Shown here in pieces: positions 1-10,752 of a stretch of DNA of 64,000 bases. Source of the DNA: Gammaproteobacteria bacterium (GTDB lineage Bacteria > Pseudomonadota > Gammaproteobacteria > Ga0077536); contig CAXXLL010000003.1 in the NCBI GenBank assembly GCA_963662545.2, forward strand, positions 2,048,001 through 2,112,000, given 5' to 3'. The notes under the pieces are model-generated. The model was not told the DNA's origin. It saw only the letters and a list, made by a program, of their open reading frames with translations, and did not search any database. How positions within the stretch are numbered: the first letter of the stretch is position 1; the number at the start of each line of letters is the position of its first letter. The position numbers and the translations under genes were made by a program.

Positions 1-80
1 GGAAAGACCTCGTCCACCAGCAGCGCCGCACTCTCGGCAATTGCTCCTGCATTCCTCTACCTACTGCATCCCTGCAGTCG

Positions 81-452
81 TCAGCCATGCGCCGGGCGCC
101 ACAACTGCCGCAAAAACCGCGCCGTTTGTGACGTGAAGGGATTCACTAATGCCGCGGGCGCAGGGATGCGCAGGAGCGACCAACTGAACGCCACGCAGTG
201 CTCGGCATGACAGCTCGCGCACCGAACGCGCAGAAAACCATGCTCGAGGCGTCCGCATTTGCGGTAGGCCTCGAACTCGCGCGCAACGTATCCCGGTAAT
301 TCCCGGCCCTGTTCGGCCATCAGCGCTGAGAAGACTGGATAGTGTTGGTCGATTATCTGATAGAGGAGGGTCTGCTCGGGGCGGTGGCGCTCGTAGTACT
401 CCGCCTCGCCCGAAACCGAGCCCGCGTCCGTGCCCGCAGGAATTCCTGCCAT
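81..452 (-). pseudogene. Truncated IS91/ISCR-family transposase (N-terminal zinc-binding domain only)
   Basis: YERHRPEQTLLYQII...REFEAYRKCGRLEHGFLRVRCASCHAEH.VAFS matches the IS91-type Zn-binding N-terminus; similarity breaks where CKxRxxCPSC and the HUH domain should follow. Confidence 0.85.
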
Positions 453-480
453 TTATCGCATCCTTGCGATATCGTCTCCT

Positions 481-555
481 CATACAGCTTACCACTATGG
501 CCCGACACGCGGCGATCGCATCCGGCTAGCCGATACCGAGCGGTGGATTGAAGCT
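481..555 (+). pseudogene. Short remnant resembling the urease alpha subunit N-terminus
   Basis: HTAYHYGPTRGDRIRLADTERWIEA resembles the UreC start (AYAxxYGPTTGDRVRLADTxLWIEVE); no continuation. Confidence 0.55.
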
Positions 556-603
556 GGGCTCGACGCAGTTGTAAGCGTCAACCGCGCCAGTGGGACGCGG
601 GGA

Positions 604-2688
604 TCAAAAAGTGATCTGAATCTCGCCGCGCACGGCGAAAGGCGCCCCCGGTGTCAGCCGCAGCGCGTCCGACTGACTGCCCTGGATGAAGGATTCGTCG
701 GCGAGATTCTCGAACCGCATCTGAAATTCGAGATGCTGAGAGTACTCCCATTGGACGAAGGCATCGGCGCGCACGTAGTCGTCGAGGCGGAGGGCGAGTT
801 CGTCGGGGTTGAGACTCGCCTGCCGTCCGCCAACATAGTTGACCGCCAGGCCAAGCTTGAGGTCTTGTGGACGCCGCAACGATGCAGTGTACGTCGTCAG
901 CAGGCCGCCTTGATGACGCGGGGCATTCAGCGCGCGCGTGCCATCCGGGATGAAGGGGTCGTTAGTGATCTCGGTGTCGAGGAAATTGTAACGGGCACGC
1001 AGCGCCATCGATGACGGCAGGTTCATGTTGAGTTCGACGTCCAGGCCCAGGTTTCTCTGCTCGCCGGTCTGTATTTCGAACCCCGGATTGCCCGGCGCGT
1101 CGACGGTGACATCCGTCTGTCGGATGCCGAACACGGCGGTGTCGAATGAAAACCTGCGATCGGACGATTCCCATCGAATCCCCGCTTCAATTGCCTTACC
1201 CAGCGTCGGTGACAGCTCTTTGCCGTCCGGTTTGAGACCTTCGTTGGGATCGATGGACTCGCTGTAGCTTGCATACCAGGTGAGGCCGCGGTCGGCGATG
1301 TGGACCAAGCTCACCCGCGGACTGAAGCGTCCCGTGGCGTTATCGAAACGCGAAAGGACGGTGCGATCAGAACCCGATTGATCGATGTAGTCGAAGCGGC
1401 CGCCGAACAGCAGCCGCCAGCGGTCGTTGATCGTCCAAAGATCCTGAACATACGCAGATATCTGCCGCCGCTGCTCGGCCGACTGGCGTTCCGGCGTCAG
1501 CAGGGGAAATGGTTGCCCATAGACGGGATTGAGTGGATCGATGGCAAAAGGCGCTAGGTCGGAATCGGAGCTGAGAAGCGTCACGTCCTCGTTTAAAGCT
1601 GTTCCCTCGATACCCAGTAGAAGGTCATGACGCCTGTTCCAGATCGTCAGTGGTCCGGCGGCTTCAATCTGAATGACCCAGGCGTCGTTTTCCTCGTTAC
1701 GATTTTGCGCTTCGCGCAGGATCTTGCGTCCATCGAATCCGGAAGGTTCAACCGCAGTACCATCGACCCGGGTGCTTTGCGCCTGCATGTCGATGCCGAT
1801 TTCCCAGGCAGGATCGAGACGAATGCTGGTCGACAATTGCACGGTCAAGCCTTCGATTTCGGCGGGTCCGGAAGCAGGTTCACCCAGAAAGCGATCGCTC
1901 GGCAGTCGTGGCAGGCCGTCGAGAGCGATGACGCCGGTATCCAGGAGGCGTTCGTCGCGCACGAACTCGACCGAGGCAAATACGTCGATCCCCAAAGTGG
2001 GCTGCCATGCCAGTGACGGCGCCACGAACCACCGGTCGTTCTTGACGAAATCCCGAAATGTATCGCCCTGTTCGCGGGATGCGACCAGCCGGTACTGCCA
2101 GTCATCGCTGTGGGCGATCGGTCCGGTGGCGTCGACGGTGAGCACCATCGCGTCGAAATATCCGAACTCGGCGGAAGCTTCGAGCAGGGGTTCCGATTTC
2201 GGCCGCTTCGTCACGTAGTTTATCGAGCCGCCGGGTTCCCCCGGACCCTGCAGCGCGGCGTTCGGGCCTTTGAGAATCTCGACTCGTTCGATGTTGACGA
2301 GCGTCCGGGACGTGAGCTGACCGAGTGAATCATTGAGGCCGTTGCGATAAAATGTCGAGTCGCTGAATCCGCGCAGCATGACTTCGTTGAAAGAACCGCC
2401 GTCGGACGCGATGCTGATAGCAGAAGTCGCGATATCGAGCAGGTCGGAAAGCTGCAGATAGCCGCTTTGATCAATCAGATTTTCGTCCAGCGCTTCGACG
2501 CTGATCGGGACCTCGCGGGAGGGCACGGGCAGTTTCGTGGAGTGCAGGCGTTCGCTGTTTTCGGCCGTAGATTCTTCGATTATTTCAATCGTCGGTAGTG
2601 AAGTGGGTTCGGGTTCCGCTGCTAACGGAATAGTCGCGTTAATCGGCGAAAAGAATAGTATCGCGCACCAAATGCGCAGGCGTTCCAT
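604..2688 (-). CDS. TonB-dependent (siderophore-type) outer membrane receptor
   Basis: Plug motif NIERVEILKGPNAALQGPGEPGGSINYVTKRP, barrel-like strands, terminal Phe; start 2688 preferred (signal-peptide-like), ORF open to 2766. Confidence 0.92.
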   Translation of the reverse strand: MERLRIWCAILFFSPINATIPLAAEPEPTSLPTIEIIEESTAENSERLHSTKLPVPSREVPISVEALDENLIDQSGYLQLSDLLDIATSAISIASDGGSFNEVMLRGFSDSTFYRNGLNDSLGQLTSRTLVNIERVEILKGPNAALQGPGEPGGSINYVTKRPKSEPLLEASAEFGYFDAMVLTVDATGPIAHSDDWQYRLVASREQGDTFRDFVKNDRWFVAPSLAWQPTLGIDVFASVEFVRDERLLDTGVIALDGLPRLPSDRFLGEPASGPAEIEGLTVQLSTSIRLDPAWEIGIDMQAQSTRVDGTAVEPSGFDGRKILREAQNRNEENDAWVIQIEAAGPLTIWNRRHDLLLGIEGTALNEDVTLLSSDSDLAPFAIDPLNPVYGQPFPLLTPERQSAEQRRQISAYVQDLWTINDRWRLLFGGRFDYIDQSGSDRTVLSRFDNATGRFSPRVSLVHIADRGLTWYASYSESIDPNEGLKPDGKELSPTLGKAIEAGIRWESSDRRFSFDTAVFGIRQTDVTVDAPGNPGFEIQTGEQRNLGLDVELNMNLPSSMALRARYNFLDTEITNDPFIPDGTRALNAPRHQGGLLTTYTASLRRPQDLKLGLAVNYVGGRQASLNPDELALRLDDYVRADAFVQWEYSQHLEFQMRFENLADESFIQGSQSDALRLTPGAPFAVRGEIQITF

Positions 2689-2787
2689 GCCACCCAATGC
2701 CGGTCGCTGAACGCCACCGCCGCCGTGCCCCGCCGAAAGTGCCTCTTTGGAGATCAATACGAACATAGTTCCGACGCTAGGATTGTT

Positions 2788-2815
2788 TTAACCTGTAATT
2801 TACCGAAAATTAACT
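2788..2815 (+). promoter_or_regulatory. Three phased TTAACC/TTTACC/TTAACT boxes (11-bp period), candidate OmpR-family binding site
   Basis: Boxes start at 2788, 2799, 2810 between the divergent receptor and response regulator genes. Confidence 0.55.
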
Positions 2816-2898
2816 TTACAGCGTATTTTGCGAGCGTAGAGTATTCCAAAATGAGAATACCTGATCTAACGAGTTTGAATGAAGCTTGCCGGTGATAC

Positions 2899-3588
2899 AT
2901 GATGAACATATTACTTGTCGAAGACGACTTCGATGTTGCCCGTAACATCTGCGAGTATTTCGAAGCGCAAGGACATGACGTCGAATGGGCGCCCGACGGT
3001 TTGATCGGTCTCGAGTGCGCGACACGCCAGCACCGTGATGTCATGATTCTCGACATCGCCTTGCCGCGCTTGTCCGGCACGGACTTGTGCCGCCGGTTGC
3101 GGCAGCTCGGGCTTACGAGCGTGCCGATTCTCATGCTCACCGCGCGAAGTGATCTTTCCGATAAGCTCGAAGCCTTTAAGTTCGGAGCGGACGACTACGT
3201 GGTCAAGCCGTTTGCGCTGGAGGAGCTCGAGAGCCGAATTCTCGCGCTCGTGCGTCGAACGGCCGGAACGGAGGCCGGTCCGCTGTTGCGAGTGGCCGAC
3301 CTCGAATTCGATACCGCCACGCATACGGTTAAGCGCGGCGACATCGACGTTTCGGTCACGGCCACCGGGCGCAAGATACTCGAAGCACTAATGCGTAACA
3401 CGCATCGCGTTGTTTCCCGCCAGGAAATCGAGCACGTCGTGTGGGGAGACGACCCGCCGCGAACCGATTCGCTCAAGATACATATTCATTTGCTGCGCGA
3501 GGCAATCGACAAGCCGTTCGATTTCAATTTACTGATCGCCGTCCGCGGTGCCGGATACAGGATCTGTGCCAATAATGAAAATGCTTAA
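2899..3588 (+). CDS. OmpR/PhoB-family response regulator (ColR-like)
   Basis: ILLVEDD, ILDIALP (phospho-Asp), PILMLTA, GADDYVVKPF, winged-helix end VRGAGYR. Confidence 0.95.
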   Translation: MMNILLVEDDFDVARNICEYFEAQGHDVEWAPDGLIGLECATRQHRDVMILDIALPRLSGTDLCRRLRQLGLTSVPILMLTARSDLSDKLEAFKFGADDYVVKPFALEELESRILALVRRTAGTEAGPLLRVADLEFDTATHTVKRGDIDVSVTATGRKILEALMRNTHRVVSRQEIEHVVWGDDPPRTDSLKIHIHLLREAIDKPFDFNLLIAVRGAGYRICANNENA

Positions 3589-4846
3589 ACGACTTCATCA
3601 CCGGCTCGTTGTGGCGTCCATCGCGATGGTCATGGCAGTCTGCACCATCTTTTCTTTAGGGCTTTACTTCGCTTTCGATATAGCCGAAGACCTATTGTTC
3701 GATACCCATCTTGCGGCGGATGTCGCGAGCTTCATATCCATCTACGAGAAGGATCCCTCGGCGATCGATTTACCCAGGGAAAATTTTCTCGTTTATGCCG
3801 CGCGCATCGGTGATACCGCGCATCTGCCTGATCACATCAGCGCCCTCGGACCTGACGAAGACGATCTTGTGTTTGGCGGTCGCGAATATCACGTCCAGGT
3901 GGAAGACCGGGGAAACATGAGGTTCTACTTCTTGTTTGACGAAAGCGCGTTCGAATCCTTCGAGGAAGTATTGCTATTTTCAATCGTTGTGATCGTGATC
4001 GGTGTGATCGTAAGTGCAGCATGGTTGAGCATCGGTTTGGCGAACCGCATCATTCAGCCGTTGACCGATCTTTCCCGCCAAGTGGCGCGCCTCGATGATT
4101 CGAACGCGTCGATTCAACTGGATGCGGACGCGCCGCCGGACGACGAAATCGCCGTGCTGGCGACCGCAATCAACGGCTACCATCAACGCATCAGCGAATT
4201 GCTGAATCGAGAACGGGAATTTTCGTCCGACGTCAGCCACGAATTGCGTACGCCGCTAATGGGAATCCAGGGAGCGGCGGAGCTGATTCATAAGCGCAGT
4301 GAGGGCGATGACGACATGCGCGAACTCGCTGCCCGCGTGCGCCGCGGTTGTCTGCAGATGACGACACTGACAGAGGCTCTGCTGTATCTCGCGCGCGATC
4401 CCGCGAGCTTCAAGGATATGATCGAGCCGGTCAGCGTTGAACGCGTCGTCGATAAGCAGATATCCGCCGTTCGGGACGTGGCCGAGAGCAAGGGCGTCTC
4501 TGTGCATGTCGAACACGCCGGGACCGCGGCCACCGTAGAGACGATCCCCGCCGTCATCGATATCGTCATCGGCAATATCCTGAAGAACGCCGTTAAATAC
4601 ACCGATCAGAAGATCATCAACGTATTCGTCACCGCCGACGAGGTCGTCATCCAGGATTACGGGCCCGGTATCGACAAGACCGTGCAGGGCACGCTGTTCG
4701 ACCGATTCAATCGCGGCGAGAATCGCAACCCCGATGGTACCGGCATTGGTCTGGCTCTCGTGCGGCGGTTTTGCGATCAATACGGCTGGGCCATAGATTT
4801 TCGATCGGAAGAGACCAAAGGTACGCGAGTAGCGGTCGCGTTCTGA
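3575..4846 (+). CDS. Sensor histidine kinase (2 TM, HAMP, HisKA, HATPase)
   Basis: H-box DVSHELRTPL, N-box NILKNAVKY, DYGPGI, GTGIGLALV; overlaps the regulator's 3' end. Confidence 0.95.
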   Translation: MKMLKRLHHRLVVASIAMVMAVCTIFSLGLYFAFDIAEDLLFDTHLAADVASFISIYEKDPSAIDLPRENFLVYAARIGDTAHLPDHISALGPDEDDLVFGGREYHVQVEDRGNMRFYFLFDESAFESFEEVLLFSIVVIVIGVIVSAAWLSIGLANRIIQPLTDLSRQVARLDDSNASIQLDADAPPDDEIAVLATAINGYHQRISELLNREREFSSDVSHELRTPLMGIQGAAELIHKRSEGDDDMRELAARVRRGCLQMTTLTEALLYLARDPASFKDMIEPVSVERVVDKQISAVRDVAESKGVSVHVEHAGTAATVETIPAVIDIVIGNILKNAVKYTDQKIINVFVTADEVVIQDYGPGIDKTVQGTLFDRFNRGENRNPDGTGIGLALVRRFCDQYGWAIDFRSEETKGTRVAVAF

Positions 4847-4895
4847 CGTAGCCTGACGCGAGGCGGAATCCTTTCTCTGTGCTTGCCGCTACCCG
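4800..4895 (+). repeat. Copy 1 of ~95-bp direct repeat (kinase 3' end plus downstream)
   Basis: TTCGATCGGAAGAGACCAAAGGTACGCGAGTAGCGGTCGCGTTCTGAC.TAGCCTGACGCGAGGCGGAATCC recurs at 12947. Confidence 0.9.
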
Positions 4896-4947
4896 CTAAT
4901 TCCGAGGGGAAGCCGCGTGGAGTTGAAGGACGCACCGTGCCGAAGCC

Positions 4948-6048
4948 TTATCCGCTCGAATTCAACGCGAAATCGAGTGTGTCCAGCACATCGCGCGGAT
5001 CGACTGCATAGCTCGTCCTGACCGGCTTCCCAGTGGCGTGTGGCACGCGCTCTCTTACATAGTAGTAATTCATGCCGGCAGCTTGTGACAGGCGATAGGG
5101 TCCATCATCGAAGTAAGTGTTGGAGAACAGTTCTATCAGGATGCTACCCGGCTTGCAGAACGCTATATTTGCTAATCCGCTGCCGTGCGCGCCTACGACG
5201 ATGTCCGCATCGGCAAACGCAGCGAGCTGGTCTTCCACACTGAGTTGTCCCGGCATGATCTTTTCGAATCCGAGCGACGCGAGCTCGGCCAAAACGACTT
5301 CCTCATTGAGCACGTGGCGCCGGGCGGCATCGTTTCTAGAGACATACAGGCGTTTCCCAAATTCCGACTTCTTTTGCACCAATTTCGGGAACAATTCGTC
5401 GCGCAGAAACCCGAGTACCCACCGCGGCGGGAGGTATCCGCAACTCAGTTGATGGCAGGGAGCTGCGATGTCATTGCTGTAGATCATCGGGGTCTCCCCC
5501 GCATCGATCACGCGATCTTGAATATCAAGTGCGCGCAGCGTTTCCATCTGAAATGCACGTCCATTCGACGCGTAGATCAATCTGTTTTCTACGTAGCCCG
5601 ATTCACGTGCGATGAAATATCTAGGCAGAATGTCAATCATCCAGTGAAAATACATCGCGGAGGTGGAAGCCGTCAGATTTAAGATCGGCTCATCGATCCG
5701 CTCTCCGGAGACGCAGCCTCGGTGCTGCGTGATGATCTTCTCCATGATCCAGGATTCCTTGAGCCGCGTACGTTGCTTGTGTGAAAGGTTCCAGAGCCTT
5801 ATTCCGTCCTCGTCAAAGACATCCCCGAGCACCGAGCAAGATCCCCCTTTCACCAAGCCCATACCTCGATGAATGTCGTAACGTAGAGGTCTCGGTTTCC
5901 ACGCGGCGAACCTCCCCGCCGTCGCGGGGACTGCGATCCACCGGTCCCCTTCTCCGATACCGTCGACCAACACCAAGTCTGCTCGCCGCGCAGGGCTCCG
6001 GAACCAGGACCGTGTCGAATCAATAAGAGGCATGTCCGTCTCGCGCAT
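4948..6048 (-). CDS. Glycosyltransferase family 61 (DUF563) protein
   Basis: YFHWMIDILPR, RLYVSRNDAARRHVLNE, QLAAFADADIVVGAHGSGLANIAFC. Confidence 0.88.
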   Translation of the reverse strand: MRETDMPLIDSTRSWFRSPARRADLVLVDGIGEGDRWIAVPATAGRFAAWKPRPLRYDIHRGMGLVKGGSCSVLGDVFDEDGIRLWNLSHKQRTRLKESWIMEKIITQHRGCVSGERIDEPILNLTASTSAMYFHWMIDILPRYFIARESGYVENRLIYASNGRAFQMETLRALDIQDRVIDAGETPMIYSNDIAAPCHQLSCGYLPPRWVLGFLRDELFPKLVQKKSEFGKRLYVSRNDAARRHVLNEEVVLAELASLGFEKIMPGQLSVEDQLAAFADADIVVGAHGSGLANIAFCKPGSILIELFSNTYFDDGPYRLSQAAGMNYYYVRERVPHATGKPVRTSYAVDPRDVLDTLDFALNSSG

Positions 6049-6069
6049 CGAACCTGATTTTGCGATGCC

Positions 6070-7527
6070 TCACACGCCACCCGCGTTTACGCTCAGTGGT
6101 GAGCGGGGGCGATTTTCGGCGGCGCTCGGCTCGGTAGCTGACCCGGTAATCTGAAAGATGTGTGGGGACATGGACACGGCGCGGACATTGCCGAACCGAT
6201 TGAGCTGCACATGGAATTTCGAGATACGATCATTAATCTCGTCGGTCGAAATACGCGGAAATCGATGTGCATGATGGGCGGCACTGTGGCGGCTGTTTGA
6301 GCGCTGCATATTGATCTGCTGCGCGAGCGTACGCGCATTCAACCCGATCCACCCGCGGAGGTAGCTGGCTACGCCCGATCGCGGTGGCTGGTGATCGAGA
6401 TAGCCGAGATGCTCCAGGACGTCGACCACTCGATCCGAGGCCAGGGCGCCGGTAGTGGGCGCCAGGTGTCGCGACAAAATCCGCTGGCGGGTGCCTTGCT
6501 CGAGCGACTGCGCACGGCCGCGGATCACGTCGTCGAGTTTCTCGCGGACCTCGCAGCAGGCAAAGGCGCGATGGCTCAACGAATTTGGAAGATCGTAGTC
6601 GTAGGCGGCGGACCGCACTGGCTGGTAAGTGATCAAAGGGGTCTTGAGCATGGCGGCCTCGACAGCCGTCGTACAACCGTTGTGGACGAGGACTTCACAT
6701 GCCATTAGCCATGGGACTACGTTGCCGTCGTGGATCACGCGAACGTTTTGCTGATCGGCGACCACGTCACGCCAAACGTCGCGATCCTCCGATGGGTGAG
6801 GCCGCAGCACGATCGTTTTGTCTGGGAACCATCGGCCGAGCTGGGGAACAAGCTCGCGGAACGCCTCGTAAATCGCCTTTTGATGGTTTGCCATCCCTTC
6901 AGCAAACTCCGGACTTAAACCGAATCCCGTACGACTTACTTTGGTGGAACGGCCAAACCCGGTTCGTTGGATCAGGTTGAGCCCCGGCACGAACGCGTTG
7001 ACGAACGAGAAGTTCGTGTTGACGAGGATGAACTTTCCGTGTTTACGTTGCAGCGCCTCCACTTCTTCCTGAAAATATCCGCGCAGCTCCTGTCGGAGTA
7101 AATCAATGCGAGGGTTCCCGGTCACGTAGATGGGCGCGCCGTTATAGCCCGGGTATTGCGAAAACAGGTTCGCGTCATCCTGACCCCACGTAAAAAGCTG
7201 GCTCACTGTGCCGAACGCGTCCGTGGAATAACGCCATGCGTAGTATTCAGGTGATAAGAAACGGACAAGCCCCTCTTCGTCCCATGCAACGATGTCGTGG
7301 CCGAGGCGACGCGTGAGCATTAGCGTTAGGCGGCTCACCGAACGCATGCTCTTCGCGATGACGACGCCCCTCGATAAAAACGGCAACGCAAGATGGATAA
7401 AGAATCGGGACCCGAGCACGACTGAGAAGCCGCGCTCAGCGGCTACGCAGGAGAGCAAGAGTTTCGCGTCGAGTTCGCGTACCTGATTCTCGACCGGGAT
7501 GATCAAAGTGGAGCCTTGGAGCCGCAT
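6070..7527 (-). CDS. Surface carbohydrate biosynthesis protein
   Basis: IPVENQVRELDAKLLL, WDEEGL, VTGNPRIDLL, ILVNTNF, LRPHPSE, HNGCTTAVEA. Confidence 0.82.
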   Translation of the reverse strand: MRLQGSTLIIPVENQVRELDAKLLLSCVAAERGFSVVLGSRFFIHLALPFLSRGVVIAKSMRSVSRLTLMLTRRLGHDIVAWDEEGLVRFLSPEYYAWRYSTDAFGTVSQLFTWGQDDANLFSQYPGYNGAPIYVTGNPRIDLLRQELRGYFQEEVEALQRKHGKFILVNTNFSFVNAFVPGLNLIQRTGFGRSTKVSRTGFGLSPEFAEGMANHQKAIYEAFRELVPQLGRWFPDKTIVLRPHPSEDRDVWRDVVADQQNVRVIHDGNVVPWLMACEVLVHNGCTTAVEAAMLKTPLITYQPVRSAAYDYDLPNSLSHRAFACCEVREKLDDVIRGRAQSLEQGTRQRILSRHLAPTTGALASDRVVDVLEHLGYLDHQPPRSGVASYLRGWIGLNARTLAQQINMQRSNSRHSAAHHAHRFPRISTDEINDRISKFHVQLNRFGNVRAVSMSPHIFQITGSATEPSAAENRPRSPLSVNAGGV

Positions 7528-7672
7528 TGATCAGGATCCCAACATCGTCGTTAACCGCGTCCGCGCCGGCGGTGACTCTTCGATGCATCGCCTATTGTCG
7601 AAACGTGACGGCGAACATTCAGCCTGGTAGGTCGTTCCTGCCAAAATCGATAGAAGCGAATCGGCGGCAAAC

Positions 7673-7954
7673 CTAGTCATCGTCTTCCTCTATCCCCAGT
7701 ACCTCGCCTGATGGCGATACGTGAATTTCATAGTCGATGCCCCCGGCTGCGCCTTCCAGTTCATAGATGACGGCGTCATCCTCAACAATTCGTTCGGCTT
7801 CAATGATGACGATGCGCTCCACCGCTCCGCTCGCAGCAGCCATCACGTGCGCGGGAACTTCCGACAACGGTATGTCTTTCTCGATACACGCTGCTGTCGC
7901 CGGCAGGCATAGCGCCGCTGTAAGTAAGTAAATTGAAATAATCATTACCCTCAT
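7673..7954 (-). CDS. Secreted PepSY-like domain protein
   Basis: Signal peptide; IPLSEVPAHVMAAA...YELEG...YEIHVSPSGEVL; GAGGAGG-like RBS upstream. Confidence 0.75.
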   Translation of the reverse strand: MRVMIISIYLLTAALCLPATAACIEKDIPLSEVPAHVMAAASGAVERIVIIEAERIVEDDAVIYELEGAAGGIDYEIHVSPSGEVLGIEEDDD

Positions 7955-8526
7955 CTACGGCCTCCTCTATGCTGTCGATTGGGAATACCAATTAAATAAC
8001 CGGCATCCGGGTGCATTCGTTTCACGTGTTGGACATGCCAAAGTGTTTTCGCGCTCGTTCGATCAGACCGGACGGGTGAGCGTTTTGAGTACATGTGCCA
8101 TGCGGCAGTCTGCAAGGCGATTTGGTGCCATGCGGATTCGCGATCAAGACTAGACTCACGGCCGTTAAACATGCGTTAAAGAAGCGTAAGATGAGCGTTT
8201 CGACGCGATGTACTTGCGGTGGCGGGCAACAGTGCGTTTGTTACGCGCGATTCGAGAGAAAACAGTTGCGTCGAAAGTTAAGAAACTAACCCGCAATTAA
8301 CCAACTACATACGCTGCCACGGATACGCTGCTGTAAACGTGGAGCTCACCGCGCCACTAGAGGACAGGGTTGACGGGTTTCCAGTGCAGTATTTGAGCCG
8401 ATGGGGACGCACGGGTCTTCTCGCCTCACTTGCGGTAAATGGCTGGCTGCGGGGAGCAGACCCAAAGCGTCGATGAAACTCGGCCTAATCCATCGGAATG
8501 AAACCGTGTACGACTTACGCGTGCCC

Positions 8527-9366
8527 ATGCTCGAATCCCATCTGACGGATATGATCGGCCTCGCGCGCGGACTTCGAGGCCACTTAACGGACAGCGACGT
8601 GCGCTTCCTCGCACTGGCAGCAGCAAGCTTGCCGCCATCTCTCGGCCACGTACTGGAGATCGGTAGCTTTATGGGGAAATCAACAACGGTTCTCGCGAAA
8701 TCCGTCAGCTTGGCGGGCGGCGACCAGGTGATCGCGGTCGATCCCCAGACGCTGCCCGCTGTGACTGATCCGGCGGGTACCGACACTGCCTCACTCCGGC
8801 AAGCGTTCCGTCATACACTCGAGGCAAACGGGCTGGAACACGTCGTCGATTTTTATCGACTTCGCTCTGACGAATTTGCGCGCAATTGGAACCGGCCAAT
8901 ACGCCTACTTTGGATCGACGGGGATCACACTTATACCGGCGTGGCCGCGGATTTTGACAACTTTTCGCATTACCTAGGGCCAGGTGCAGTCGTCGCGTTT
9001 CACGACGTTACGAATCCTTTCGAGGGCCCGCTACGCGTGTTCTCCGAGCGCGTTCTCAGCTCGTCGTCATTTGGCGCGTGCGGAATCTGCGGGTCGATCG
9101 GTTGGGCCCAGTTCACGGGCGGTTCCGCGGAGAACCTACGTCTTACGATACGGAAAGCATGGCTGCACCGAACGCTGCGCCTCCTCGTCCCTCTAGTCTC
9201 AGGTGGTGGTTCAAAGGCGAAGATCAAACGGCGTGTTTTCCGAATGCTGCGATCGCTCGTACCACGCGCGGATGTTGACCCGGAGAAATGGGTCGCCGAA
9301 ATCGAAACGAATATTCCGCGTAAGCGTGAGTCCTCAACCGGATGCGGCCCTCAGCGTCGGCGGTAA
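8527..9366 (+). CDS. Class I SAM-dependent methyltransferase (Methyltransf_24-like)
   Basis: VLEIGSFMGKST, AVDP, LLWIDGDHTY, VAFHD; start uncertain (ORF open from 8401). Confidence 0.85.
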   Translation: MLESHLTDMIGLARGLRGHLTDSDVRFLALAAASLPPSLGHVLEIGSFMGKSTTVLAKSVSLAGGDQVIAVDPQTLPAVTDPAGTDTASLRQAFRHTLEANGLEHVVDFYRLRSDEFARNWNRPIRLLWIDGDHTYTGVAADFDNFSHYLGPGAVVAFHDVTNPFEGPLRVFSERVLSSSSFGACGICGSIGWAQFTGGSAENLRLTIRKAWLHRTLRLLVPLVSGGGSKAKIKRRVFRMLRSLVPRADVDPEKWVAEIETNIPRKRESSTGCGPQRRR

Positions 9367-10005
9367 CGGACGCCCTGAGCGTCGCCTTCCTGCCGCGCTC
9401 GACCGTCGATGATCGGGTCCGCTGCGTTCGCGAGACCGATTAAGAACCTGCCGTTGCTAGCACCGTTCTGCCTGGATCCAGATCAAACCGTCGCGCCGAC
9501 CCAGTAAGCTGTCTTCTCGCGAAATATAGGGGCTATTCTTTCTATACCCACAGAAGCTGGCGTTGCTTCTTAACGGCGTTGTATCGAATCCTTAACCCGA
9601 GTCCGACGACCATGGTGCCGTGACAGGAGCATTAATTGCAGGCGAACGGATGAAAGCGAAAACAATCGCCCTTGGCGATGGCGGCGTTTCCTATTTACTT
9701 GATAATAAGATCGATCTTTTTGTCGATGTGAAATATCGAATCGCAGACTGACCCCATAGTCCGCGCGTCGCGGAACTCGGAGGCGACCTCTTCTGCGATG
9801 ATCGGTATACCTTAAGGCACCTGATTCTGGCCACGGACATACAGCTCCCTTTTTTATCTGCCGCCCTAATCGCAAACTCGTCAGCGTCTGAGCCCGCGCT
9901 CTACGTCGAAATCGGCCTTACCCAAGCTTAACAATTTCAAATCAAATCTTTAACGGAGGCTCAGGATAATGCAGTCCTGGTTTAAGCAATCATCGGGAGA
10001 GACGC

Positions 10006-10668
10006 GTGACAACCAAAAGCGTTCTGTTGGCCATAGGGGCATCGCTCTTAATAGGAGACGCCGCTTTTGGCGAAGGATGGTATACCGCAGTGTATGGGGG
10101 CTATAACTTTTCCGAAGCAGAGGTAGAGGACCCTAGCACGTCGCCGCCTACCGAGCTTGAGGGCGACGATAACTTTCAACTTGGTGCCGCACTCGGCTAC
10201 AGATTTCCAGAAAATGAGGGTGGCAATTGGCGAGCGGAGTTCGACTTCCGCTACTTCTCGGGCGAGCTAGAAAACGAAAGGAACACGACGCTGTTGGCAT
10301 CTTCACGAGATAGTGAAATTGACACATATACGTTCATCGCGCGCGGACTGTACGATTTCAAGATTCCGTCGAAAACCAAATGGCGCCCCTACGTCGGACT
10401 TGGTTTAGGCTTCGTGTCTGCTGATGTCGACACAGTGGTATTCGCCTCGGGGGCCCGTCTCGGGGGCGACGATACGGTATTCGCCGGAGAAGTATCCGGC
10501 GGTATGTCTTATACGCTTAACGAGAAGGTGGAATTATTCGCCGACGTGCGCTACCTGATCGCGGAGGAGCTCGAAATCGATCGCAGTGGGACACCAATAA
10601 CACTCAGAGATGTTGAAGGAGAAATCGACTCATTGAGTGTGAACATCGGCATTCGGTATGGATTTTAG
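10006..10668 (+). CDS. Outer membrane beta-barrel protein (8-stranded type)
   Basis: Signal peptide, GAALGYRF, RPYVGLGLG, terminal IGIRYGF; GGGAG RBS. Confidence 0.88.
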   Translation: MTTKSVLLAIGASLLIGDAAFGEGWYTAVYGGYNFSEAEVEDPSTSPPTELEGDDNFQLGAALGYRFPENEGGNWRAEFDFRYFSGELENERNTTLLASSRDSEIDTYTFIARGLYDFKIPSKTKWRPYVGLGLGFVSADVDTVVFASGARLGGDDTVFAGEVSGGMSYTLNEKVELFADVRYLIAEELEIDRSGTPITLRDVEGEIDSLSVNIGIRYGF

Positions 10669-10752
10669 TGACGCCCTGGAACACCATCGCGCGCCTGGTC
10701 CCGTAGGTCACGTACCTTGTCTGAACGTCGCACCGGTATTTTGAGCTCGCTT

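Noticed and set aside
9367-10005. Long intergenic region as ncRNA, or the 101-aa ORF 9570-9875
   Set aside because: No recognisable RNA family or terminator; the ORF is Arg-rich with no RBS or motif
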